NCBI GenBank assembly: GCA_014802385.1
Contig: JAAVCJ010000025.1
Span: 40,159-104,158, forward strand
Origin: Bacteroides sp.
Lineage (GTDB): Bacteria; Bacteroidota; Bacteroidia; Bacteroidales; Muribaculaceae
Reading direction: 5' to 3'
DNA: 64,000 nucleotides
The notes under the pieces: generated by a model
Databases searched by the model: none
What the model was told of the DNA's origin: nothing
The model's input: the letters and a program-made list of their open reading frames with translations, nothing else
Made by a program: the position numbers and the translations under genes
In this document: positions 36,034 through 44,195 of the stretch, in pieces
Layout: each line of letters opens with the position of its first letter
Numbering within the stretch: position 1 is the first letter of the stretch

Positions 36034-36423
36034 TTAAGAGATTGTTTCAACGGGTTCATAATCGAAGTCGATAAGCGGAAGTGCCGCTTTCTGCGCCTCG
36101 GTGACAGTCGCCGCCATAAGGTTGGCACGGATTGAACCTGAGCGCACGATTGTGAGTGTGCAACCTCCCTCTGCCATAGTCACGTCCGCACGAAGCAGAC
36201 CGTCGGGCTTGGTGGCGGTTGAGCCGATTTTGGGGGCAGTGTCGTCAGTGCTTAACTGCACGGGCGTACCGACAGGGAACTGAGTGCCTACGGGGTAAGT
36301 GTCATCGGGAAGCACTGCCACGCCTATTAGTTTGGAGTGGTCGATGTAATTCCAGATAGGCAACCTTTCGGCATGGGTTTCCGCTTCTGAGCGAGGGAAA
36401 CTGTTTCCTCCGTAATTTACCAT
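36034..36423 (-). CDS. head decoration protein candidate (gpD-like position)
   Basis: 129-aa ORF between the scaffold and capsid genes. Confidence 0.45.
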   Translation of the reverse strand: MVNYGGNSFPRSEAETHAERLPIWNYIDHSKLIGVAVLPDDTYPVGTQFPVGTPVQLSTDDTAPKIGSTATKPDGLLRADVTMAEGGCTLTIVRSGSIRANLMAATVTEAQKAALPLIDFDYEPVETIS

Positions 36424-36448
36424 GTTGTTTAATTGTTAAGGGTTAAAC

Positions 36449-37135
36449 TTAGGGTTGATTGGCAACCACACCCGCTGCTCGTTCCTCTTGGCGTTTAGCC
36501 ATATCAGCGAATTTCGCCGAGTGGTTATCGCCCCCTCCGTCACTCTCGAAAGGCTTTGATGTATCTACTCCTTTTTTGGCGACCGCCTTGTTGAAGTAGC
36601 CCATAGCCTTTTCTTGCAGCTGTTCCGCAGTCCATGACTTGCCGGTAGCTTCGTACATCTCGGTAGCTCGTTCCCATGCGTCAGTAGCCTCATCAGCATA
36701 CTTCTTCACATAGTCGTTGCCCTTGAATGTGGCTTCGGCTGATGCAAACGCGCTTTTTGCCGCTTGCTCGCCCTTGAACTGCGTTAGCTCATCACTAAGC
36801 GGCTTAATGGCTGCGGCTACCGCGTCAGCGATAATCTTCGCCATATCTGCCGGATTGCTCTCGGGCTTGGGTGGTTGATTGCCATTGAGCATTGCTTCAA
36901 GTTCCGCCTTTTCGCCCTCTAAGCCCTTGATTTTGGCATTGAGTTCGGTGCGTACTTTGTCCGCTGCACTCTGTTCTGCTTTGAGCATCGGTTCTGCCCC
37001 CTTGACAAAGGTTGCTATCTGCTCGTCGCTTGTGATGAAAGTTTCTCCGAACGTGGCTACCCTTTCAAAAGCCCCATCGCTTAGACCGAGTTGTTTATAC
37101 CCCTCTTTCAGCGCGTTCAATAGTTTTTGCTTCAT
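36449..37135 (-). CDS. capsid scaffolding protein
   Basis: 228 aa, Ala/Lys/Glu-rich and helical. First gene of the head operon. Confidence 0.6.
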   Translation of the reverse strand: MKQKLLNALKEGYKQLGLSDGAFERVATFGETFITSDEQIATFVKGAEPMLKAEQSAADKVRTELNAKIKGLEGEKAELEAMLNGNQPPKPESNPADMAKIIADAVAAAIKPLSDELTQFKGEQAAKSAFASAEATFKGNDYVKKYADEATDAWERATEMYEATGKSWTAEQLQEKAMGYFNKAVAKKGVDTSKPFESDGGGDNHSAKFADMAKRQEERAAGVVANQP

Positions 37136-37146
37136 AAATTTTTGCT

Positions 37147-37175
37147 TGTAGGGACGCGAATTTTCGCGTCCGCCG
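37147..37175. repeat. 29-bp conserved hairpin element, copy 2
   Basis: Identical 29-mer, 12 nt upstream of the scaffold start. Confidence 0.85.
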
Positions 37176-37179
37176 GGTT

Positions 37180-37225
37180 AAAAAAAAGAGCCACACCCCA
37201 CTACTGGGATATGGCTCATGGCTCT
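37180..37225 (-). promoter_or_regulatory. leader motif AGAGCCATGAGCC plus hairpin GAGCCA/TGGCTC plus U8 (also the likely terminator of tRNA-Met)
   Basis: Minus strand reads AAGAGCCATGAGCCATATCCCAGTAGTGGGGTGTGGCTCTTTTTTTT, starting 16 nt after the tRNA. Confidence 0.6.
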
Positions 37226-37241
37226 TAGAAAATATGTTTTG

Positions 37242-37313
37242 TGGCGCAGGGCGGACTCGAACCGCCGACCTTTGGGATATGAACCCAACGAGCTACCACT
37301 GCTCTACCGCGCT
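37242..37313 (-). tRNA. tRNA-Met (anticodon CAT) with initiator-type features
   Basis: Cloverleaf AGCGCGG-TA-GAGC-AGTGGTA-GCTC-G-TTGGG-TTCATAT-CCCAA-AGGTC-GGCGG-TTCGAGT-CCGCC-CTGCGCC-A. It has G29-31:C39-41, A11:U24 and an unpaired 1:72 (A.C). Confidence 0.85.
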
Positions 37314-37359
37314 ATATCATTTCCCCGCCCCCCGGTCAACCATACATTGATAATAATGC

Positions 37360-37398
37360 GAGAGCCGGTCTTCCTCACGGATAATCGGCTCTCGGCTC
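37360..37398 (-). promoter_or_regulatory. GAGCCGAGAGCC motif plus hairpin GAGAGCCG/CGGCTCTC upstream of tRNA-Met
   Basis: Minus strand reads GAGCCGAGAGCCGATTATCCGTGAGGAAGACCGGCTCTC. Confidence 0.5.
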
Positions 37399-37708
37399 AT
37401 TGTACTAATCCTTAGAAATTGTTACGTCAGAAAATTAAATCATTCTTATCACTTACTTATGGTTCTCTCTCCTATGTCATTCATCGGTCAAGGCTTATAC
37501 TCTCCACCTTTACAAGCACCTCACGTCTGCAAACCTTGCAGTACAAGTATAAATCACCCTTGCCAGTCACATCCTCATGCCTCGCCAGGAGCTTCCTGCG
37601 CCCTTGCTCAGCACATCGTGGACAATATATTGCTTCTTTCATGACGCAAAAATAATATACATAAATAAATTATGCAATACTTATTATATCTTTTCTATAA
37701 CTTTTTAT

Positions 37709-37716
37709 TATCTTTG
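37709..37716 (+). promoter_or_regulatory. Bacteroidota-type -7 promoter box TATCTTTG upstream of the terminase operon
   Basis: Matches TAnnTTTG within an AT-rich tract, 12 nt before the leader motif. Confidence 0.4.
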
Positions 37717-37728
37717 CGCTATATATCA

Positions 37729-37780
37729 GAGCCGAGAGCCATCTATCCCCCACATCGGGATAGGTGGCTCCTCGGCTTTT
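37729..37780 (+). promoter_or_regulatory. GAGCCGAGAGCC leader motif forming a 20-bp hairpin followed by UUUU, 47 nt before the terL ATG
   Basis: AGCCGAGAGCCATCTATCCC-CCACATC-GGGATAGGTGGCTCCTCGGCT-TTTT, with one bulge and one G.U pair. Confidence 0.6.
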
Positions 37781-37826
37781 AAGCATCAACGAGTATGAAA
37801 ATCAAACAAGGCGACACCGAGGGATA

Positions 37827-39581
37827 ATGTTCCGGCTACTTGACACAAACATATCACTTCCCACACTCTACCCCAAAGTAGAGCGAAAACTGCCTACGGT
37901 CAAAGATAAGGGCTGGACTCGCGTAGGCGGTTTTACCCTGCGTGATAAAGTGGATTACATTCCACAGCCAGGCTTACAGGAAAACTTTTGTGCCTGCGAG
38001 TCAAACACAATCTACCTATGTGGAGCCGCAACAATGGGTAAGACCTTTTCGATGATATTTAAGGTCTTATACGGTATTGACAAAAAAGGCTTTTCCTCTG
38101 CGATGATTTCCAAGCGTCTGCAAGACTCAAAAAAAGGTGGCTCCATCTTTCGTGACAATGAGATTTTGCTTGGAGCTTTCGCCGGATGCGAGTCTAACAC
38201 TTCCGATTACCCGACATTCTATTGGAAACAATGGCTCTCGGCTCACCGCCTTACACACTCCAGTTTCAATACCAACAACCCCGCCGAACGAGCCGCCTTT
38301 ATCGAAATGGCTAAGAAAAACCAGAACGGTTTACAGCAATTCGACGAGGCCGACGCAATGGAGGAATTTGAGTACAACTATTGGCAGTCGCGTAACCGTG
38401 ACGACTCAGGCATGGAGCCACAATCCACATATTCATTTAACCCTCCCGGCCCCGACCACTATCTGACGCGCAACCTCGTTAATGCCGGATATATCGGCGA
38501 GGATTGGTATTTCAAACCAGAGATGAACGGCGCGACCCGATATTACTACAAGCTCGGCGACTCAGTCGATGATTACATCTGGGGCGACACACGCGAGGAA
38601 GTTGCAGAGCGAGCCGGTATCACTCTCACACAAAAAGAAATTGACGCAGGACTTACCCCTGCCGACTTGGTTAAATCGTTCACTGCGTTTACGGGCGAGG
38701 CAGCTGACAATCTTATGCTCGTATCATCTACCGGCGGTCAGTCAATATCCAACCTCGCGCAGACGGGTAAGACCCAACGTGCAGTCCTCAAAGGCGGCTA
38801 TTTCGGCCCCATCGAAAACGAAGAGAACAATATCAACCGTCAAATGATCCACAACCTTTGGGACAACCCCATCGGTGACGACAACAACCTTTACGCCACA
38901 TTTGACGTAGGCGGTGGCAAAGGCGACTCAGCACCTTTAATTATATGGCACGGACTCCAGATGATAGCCATTGAGTATTTCAAGGGTGAACCAACCGAGC
39001 TTGCTTCATGGCTTCAGTCAATGCTGAAACGCTACGCAGTCCCGATCACTAACCTTGCTTATGATGCCACCGGCTTCGGCTTTTGGCTTAAAGCACTTAC
39101 AAACGGCGTGCCGGTGACAGCAAATAAGCGAGTATTACAAGAATATGACCAATACGGCAACCCCGTGACCGCCGATGAGTATTTCAACTGTCGCTCACAG
39201 TTACTTGGCAAATTGGAAGTAATGTTGAAGCGAGGCGAGATCTCCTGCCTTATCCCCAAAGAAAAGCTCGTTCAGTACGGCACAAAGGACGAGACACGTC
39301 GCTTCATCGACGTACTCATGGACGGCATCAACATCTTCGCCACACTCAAAAAGAACGGCAAAATATACTACCGCAACAAAGACGAGTTCAAGGCCAAATT
39401 CAAGTATTCGCCCGGCGAGATAGATGCAATGTCGCTCCGCATGGTCTTTGAACTCGACACCCGCCAACGCAAGCAACCCAAACCCGTAGTGCCGGAGAAC
39501 GCTTACAACGGACTTTACAACGGCTATCATAGCGGATGGGGAAATCATAGGCAAGCATTTAGCCGGACACGCAGATGGTAA
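37827..39581 (+). CDS. terL: terminase large subunit
   Basis: ATG at 37827. Walker A-like CGAATMGKTF, about 585 aa, immediately followed by the portal gene. Confidence 0.8.
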   Translation: MFRLLDTNISLPTLYPKVERKLPTVKDKGWTRVGGFTLRDKVDYIPQPGLQENFCACESNTIYLCGAATMGKTFSMIFKVLYGIDKKGFSSAMISKRLQDSKKGGSIFRDNEILLGAFAGCESNTSDYPTFYWKQWLSAHRLTHSSFNTNNPAERAAFIEMAKKNQNGLQQFDEADAMEEFEYNYWQSRNRDDSGMEPQSTYSFNPPGPDHYLTRNLVNAGYIGEDWYFKPEMNGATRYYYKLGDSVDDYIWGDTREEVAERAGITLTQKEIDAGLTPADLVKSFTAFTGEAADNLMLVSSTGGQSISNLAQTGKTQRAVLKGGYFGPIENEENNINRQMIHNLWDNPIGDDNNLYATFDVGGGKGDSAPLIIWHGLQMIAIEYFKGEPTELASWLQSMLKRYAVPITNLAYDATGFGFWLKALTNGVPVTANKRVLQEYDQYGNPVTADEYFNCRSQLLGKLEVMLKRGEISCLIPKEKLVQYGTKDETRRFIDVLMDGINIFATLKKNGKIYYRNKDEFKAKFKYSPGEIDAMSLRMVFELDTRQRKQPKPVVPENAYNGLYNGYHSGWGNHRQAFSRTRRW

Positions 39582-39600
39582 AATCAAAAACACAACATAT

Positions 39601-41307
39601 ATGGTAGTAAAAATAAACATTTCACAGCACTTCAAAAAGGAGTTTTGGAAACGCAGAGTCACTGACGATGCGGAAGTCAAACCGCCTACCAACGCCGAGC
39701 ATTACATTCAACCGATAATCACCAACTGCGACCGTTTTCAATATCTCACTCAATCCGATTTTATGAAAGAGATTGAGCCGTCCGCGCATAACATCAATGG
39801 ACGCTATCAGTCAACCCGACCGATTAAAGAGGCGGTGGAAAGAGAGATTGTAGGCGAAAACGGAAAGGTCGAAAAGGTCAAGGAATGGGTGATTGTCGGC
39901 TATGACGAGTTGGAAACCGCCCGTTACGGCTATCAGAAACGCTTTGCTTTTACAAAATCCGCTCACGGCGCAGGGGACGGCTTCTCTATAAACAACGAGC
40001 AACTTGACAAGTCTGAGGAGGCGCACATCCGCTTTGACACTCTCAATTCCTATAAGGATATTGCCGGACTTGATATGGCGTTAATGGAAGTACACCTCTC
40101 CTGCAATCAAACGGGCGATGCCGGACTTTATCAGTACGTCAATTCTTCGGGCGAGATTGAATATAAGGTTTACAGCTTCCTTGACGGCTACGAGATATTC
40201 CCCGACATCGACGAGAAAGGCGACCCGATATATTATATCCTCTACTCAATCAAAGGAAAATCGGTCTGCGACGTTCATTCCACCGAGTATTTCGACACTT
40301 GGGTACAAGGCGACATTCCCGACAATGTGACCGACCCGGCGGGTCGCTTTGGCTCCGACAAAGAAACAGACACGCAAAATTCGTGGTGGGAAAAGGTCAA
40401 GGGACTTTTTAAGGTAAATGATAAAGTCGTAAGCGAGGACGGTTGGCGCAGAGTGTCGCATAAGGAGCGTCAGATTGGTGCCGGTATCGGTCAGTTTTCA
40501 TATTTCCGTGTGCGTGACATTCCGAGTGGCGTTGCTCAGTTGGATATTGAGGCGGCAGAACGCAACACCTCGTTCGTATTGGAGGGTGTGAAGTCCGCGA
40601 CCTTTGACACTCTATTTGTCAAGGCTACCGATATTGAGTGTCTGCCTCCTATCGGTTCACACGGCAGTGTTATCGGTGTGAAAGGCGATGTTGAGTCGCT
40701 GAAAGCGAGCGATGCGAAACGACTTGCACCGAGCGACATTTCCAACGTGGCTACCGTAGCGCAAAAGGAACTGAAAGAAAGCATCCTCCACTCTACAATG
40801 TCGGTTATCGTTGACCCCGATATTCTCCGTAGCGGTGCTGACAGCTCGTCGGCAATGAAACTCTGCTTTAACGATGAAGTGAAGTATGCAATGGCGATGC
40901 AACCTACATTCTTCAAGCCGCTCAAACACGCTGTAACGGTACTGAAGAACCTTGTCGCCAAAGTTGAGAAAGACCCCGAATATGCCAATCTCCGCGTAAG
41001 CATTACTCAAAACGTGTGGATTCCGCAGAACTTCGCCGAGGCCGTTGACAACATTACCAAGCTCAAATATGCCGATATGATTTCCGGCGAGAATGGTCGC
41101 CATGAACTTGACCTCAACTATCCCGACGATATGACTATCATTGCTAAGGAGGCCGAGCAAAAGCTGTATCGGCAGACTTTCATACCGCTAAAAGCAAAAC
41201 ACGATGCACAAGAAAAGTTTGGCATTGATGATGTAGCGGATGACATTGTGGTAGCCGAACCCGCAAACCCGACAAAACCCGGTGTTGACAACAACGCCAA
41301 GAAATAA
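39601..41307 (+). CDS. portal protein
   Basis: 568-aa ORF directly downstream of terL. Confidence 0.7.
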   Translation: MVVKINISQHFKKEFWKRRVTDDAEVKPPTNAEHYIQPIITNCDRFQYLTQSDFMKEIEPSAHNINGRYQSTRPIKEAVEREIVGENGKVEKVKEWVIVGYDELETARYGYQKRFAFTKSAHGAGDGFSINNEQLDKSEEAHIRFDTLNSYKDIAGLDMALMEVHLSCNQTGDAGLYQYVNSSGEIEYKVYSFLDGYEIFPDIDEKGDPIYYILYSIKGKSVCDVHSTEYFDTWVQGDIPDNVTDPAGRFGSDKETDTQNSWWEKVKGLFKVNDKVVSEDGWRRVSHKERQIGAGIGQFSYFRVRDIPSGVAQLDIEAAERNTSFVLEGVKSATFDTLFVKATDIECLPPIGSHGSVIGVKGDVESLKASDAKRLAPSDISNVATVAQKELKESILHSTMSVIVDPDILRSGADSSSAMKLCFNDEVKYAMAMQPTFFKPLKHAVTVLKNLVAKVEKDPEYANLRVSITQNVWIPQNFAEAVDNITKLKYADMISGENGRHELDLNYPDDMTIIAKEAEQKLYRQTFIPLKAKHDAQEKFGIDDVADDIVVAEPANPTKPGVDNNAKK

Positions 41308-41331
41308 TGTTTAACCCTAACACTTGCAAAA

Positions 41332-43287
41332 ATGCCCTATAGAGTAAACTACAAGTCCGACTTCGACTTCCTGCTATTGCTCAATACGTGCGTCCGCCAA
41401 GACGACGGCTCATGCACCAAACGCCCCATCGGCTGGCCCGACTACGACTGGGAAGCAACATTCTGGACATCCAACAAAGCCATAACATTCAAAGCCTCCC
41501 GCCACGGCGACCGGCTCACCAACTGCTTCAACGACAACGGCCACATACACATCGTCTGCAACAGCCACCACCTCGGCTGCGGAACACTCAACGTCGACTT
41601 CCGCTCAGTATTACCCAACGGCCTCTACGCCGACGGCAGCGAAGACCTCTTTGAACCACGCCTCCTCGACATCCAACTCGTCCCCGGCCCCGGCGACTGC
41701 CCTCACGCCTCCGAAGTCGAGCTACTGCTCCCCTACATCAAAGGCGACAAAGGCGACCCGTTCACCTACGCCGACTTCACCCCAGGCCAGATCGCCGAAC
41801 TCCAGCAGCCCGCCATCGACGCCGCCCACCGCGCCGACACCGCCGTGACCAAACTGGAAGATGTAAGTTCCCAAGTCCTCATACATGAAGAAGAAAGAAC
41901 CGAGGCCGAGACCCTGCGCGCCGCCGCCGAACAAGGCCGAGCCGATGCTGAAAAACTCCGGGTCATAGCCGAGAATGCGCGCATAAAGGCCGAGCAATCC
42001 CGTGACGATGCCGAGACTAAAAGAGCAACCGGCGAGAACGAGAGAATCGACAATGAAGCCCATCGGGTCGCAACCGAGACTCAACGCGAGTCAGCCGAGA
42101 AAAACCGTCAAGATGCCGAGACCCTGCGCGCCGCCGCCGAACAAGCACGCCAGGAAGCCGAGCAATCCCGAGAGACGGCTGAATCTAAACGCACTACAGC
42201 TGAAACCGCCCGAGCTACCGCCGAGGCCGAACGCCAAACAGCCGAAAAAGACCGAGCCGAAGCCGAAAAACTAAGAGCCACAGCTGAAGCCGCCCGAGTT
42301 ACCGCCGAGCAGTCCCGCCGGGAAGCCGAAACTTTGCGCCAAGCCGCCGAACGGCAACGCGCCACAGCCGAAGCTGAGCGACAGGAAACCATGATCGAGA
42401 TCGACAACATAATGCAAGGGGTAGTGACCGCCGGCCCGACCGACAGCACCCTCCAGGACATCGAGCCCAACATCGTCACCGACGCCCTGCGCAAGACCCC
42501 ACAGCACCTCACCCCCGACGAGCAAGCCCAGGTAAAAGCCAACCTCGCCATCATGGAGCTCACCACCGCCCCCGACGGCAACCTCGCCCTGAGCCCCGAC
42601 GGCCAGCTCAGCCTCACCGACATGGCCAAACGGCGCCTGTTCATCGACCTGTGGAACGAAGCCTGCGGCACTTACGGCCGATACAACCCCACCACCGGCT
42701 ACTTCGAGCTCAACGGCCTCACCGACATAACCTACCAGCAAGCCATCGCGATTTATGTCAACACAATAGGTAGTAAAAATACTACCAATCTTGCTGCGGG
42801 TTTCGACCGTATGATAATTAGAACTAATCTTCCGTTTCTCACTTTAACAAAAGCAGAAAAAGGTGTTGAACTTAGTAGTGCTTTTCGTCTCTCTGATGTT
42901 GAAGTAGTAAATTTAAACTATCAAAATAATGATAGAACTCCTTTAAAAATAATAGATAGTGCTCAGTGGATTTTTCAGAGTGCTAATTTACATACCGTTA
43001 TCGGTATTATACAATTTGGTGGTACATTGCCTTGGTATAATGGTTTTGGCCCTAAAATACAAAATATTAAAATTGCTAATTTGAAAAGTAGCATTACATT
43101 TCAAAATTGTCCACTACTATCATTCGAATCGCTCCAATTCGTTGTAGACAACGCTACCAATACCACAACCATCACCATCACCGTCCACCCCGACGTCTAC
43201 ACCAAACTGACTGATGAAAACAATCCCGAGTGGCACCAGCTAATGCTTGACGCCGCCGACAAAAACATACAATTCGCAACAGTATAA
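41332..43287 (+). CDS. fibre protein: N-domain, 23 AExxRxx heptads, C-terminal LRR-like (BspA-type) cassette
   Basis: 651 aa. Heptad block at residues ~192-352. The C-terminal part shares conserved flanks with the next gene. Confidence 0.65.
   Translation: MPYRVNYKSDFDFLLLLNTCVRQDDGSCTKRPIGWPDYDWEATFWTSNKAITFKASRHGDRLTNCFNDNGHIHIVCNSHHLGCGTLNVDFRSVLPNGLYADGSEDLFEPRLLDIQLVPGPGDCPHASEVELLLPYIKGDKGDPFTYADFTPGQIAELQQPAIDAAHRADTAVTKLEDVSSQVLIHEEERTEAETLRAAAEQGRADAEKLRVIAENARIKAEQSRDDAETKRATGENERIDNEAHRVATETQRESAEKNRQDAETLRAAAEQARQEAEQSRETAESKRTTAETARATAEAERQTAEKDRAEAEKLRATAEAARVTAEQSRREAETLRQAAERQRATAEAERQETMIEIDNIMQGVVTAGPTDSTLQDIEPNIVTDALRKTPQHLTPDEQAQVKANLAIMELTTAPDGNLALSPDGQLSLTDMAKRRLFIDLWNEACGTYGRYNPTTGYFELNGLTDITYQQAIAIYVNTIGSKNTTNLAAGFDRMIIRTNLPFLTLTKAEKGVELSSAFRLSDVEVVNLNYQNNDRTPLKIIDSAQWIFQSANLHTVIGIIQFGGTLPWYNGFGPKIQNIKIANLKSSITFQNCPLLSFESLQFVVDNATNTTTITITVHPDVYTKLTDENNPEWHQLMLDAADKNIQFATV
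41905..42387 (+). repeat. 23 consecutive 21-nt units encoding the heptad A-E-x-x-R-x-x (coiled-coil stalk)
   Basis: AETLRAA AEQGRAD AEKLRVI ... AEAERQE. Includes a 31-nt perfect internal duplication (GCCGAGACCCTGCGCGCCGCCGCCGAACAAG) near 41905 and 42115. Confidence 0.85.
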
Positions 43288-43292
43288 ACCCC

Positions 43293-44183
43293 ATGGCACA
43301 AATAACAACACTTAAAGACAAAACCGGCACCACACTATACCCCGTGACGTCAGCTCAGGCCGTCTTTGACGACAAAGGAGTTGACCTCGAAACACGCCTG
43401 CAACAAAAACAAGATACCATCACCACCCCCGACGGCAACCTCGCCCTCTCGCCCGACGGCCAGCTCACCCTCACCGACCTCGCCAAAAAACGCCTGTTCA
43501 TCGACCTGTGGAACCAGGCCTGCGGTATCTGGGGAAAGTACAACGAGGAAACAGGATATTTTGAGCTAAATGGTATTAATGATATAGATTATCAAGAAGC
43601 ATTAAGAATACATACTTATTGTGAAGGTTGGTGTATGAATTTATCACAGACTGGTGGTTTTGGCCCATTATCACGAAATTTAAATATTCGTACAGCATAT
43701 CCTATTACTTTAGCAGCCGGAGATTGCCATTTGCAAATGAATGGTTTTGCTCAAACTAATAATACCATAGAAGTAATAAGAATATTAGACAACGATCATA
43801 ATAACTTAGTTGATAATATATCTTATGCTTTTTATTGGTGTTCTAAATTAAAACATATCTACGGACATATTATTTGTAGACCAAATAATAAAGTTAATAC
43901 TAATTCAGCCTTTACCAAGTGTAATAATCTTGAAACTCTATTTTTAAAGCATATAGATACTAATCTCGTTATAAAAGAAAGTTCTAAGCTTTCATTGGAA
44001 AGTTTTCAATATCTTGTAAAACATGGAAATACACAAGTTAGTGGAACACTTATTAAAGATAATCCTATTACTATAACAGTCCACCCCGACGTATACGCCA
44101 AGCTCACCGACTCCGACAACACCGAGTGGCATCAAATTCTTTTAGATGCAGCTGAAAAGAATATAACATTTGTAACAGTTTAA
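43293..44183 (+). CDS. fibre / receptor-binding-like protein with LRR-like cassette (paralog of the 41332-43287 C-terminus)
   Basis: 296 aa. The N-terminal ITTLKDKTGTTLYPVTSAQAVFD is typical of phage fibre N-termini. It shares PDGNLALSPDGQL..LFIDLWN.ACG and ITITVHPDVY.KLTD...EWHQ flanks with the previous gene. Confidence 0.6.
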   Translation: MAQITTLKDKTGTTLYPVTSAQAVFDDKGVDLETRLQQKQDTITTPDGNLALSPDGQLTLTDLAKKRLFIDLWNQACGIWGKYNEETGYFELNGINDIDYQEALRIHTYCEGWCMNLSQTGGFGPLSRNLNIRTAYPITLAAGDCHLQMNGFAQTNNTIEVIRILDNDHNNLVDNISYAFYWCSKLKHIYGHIICRPNNKVNTNSAFTKCNNLETLFLKHIDTNLVIKESSKLSLESFQYLVKHGNTQVSGTLIKDNPITITVHPDVYAKLTDSDNTEWHQILLDAAEKNITFVTV

Positions 44184-44195
44184 ACTTATACATTT

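Noticed and set aside
37419-37798. ORFs of 78, 61 and 73 aa between tRNA-Met and terL
   Set aside because: They are mutually overlapping and compositionally odd. They sit in a region better explained by promoter, leader hairpin and repeat motifs.
38233-38244. The intragenic GAGCCGAGAGCC copy as evidence for an antisense promoter or leader inside terL
   Set aside because: There is no -7 box or hairpin/U-tract context on the minus strand here. It is kept only as part of the packaging-site hypothesis.
41722-42741. Antisense and off-frame ORFs (120, 95, 187, 156, 90 aa) within the heptad-repeat region
   Set aside because: A repeat-driven lack of stop codons. The sense frame gives a perfectly periodic coiled coil continuous with its flanking domains.
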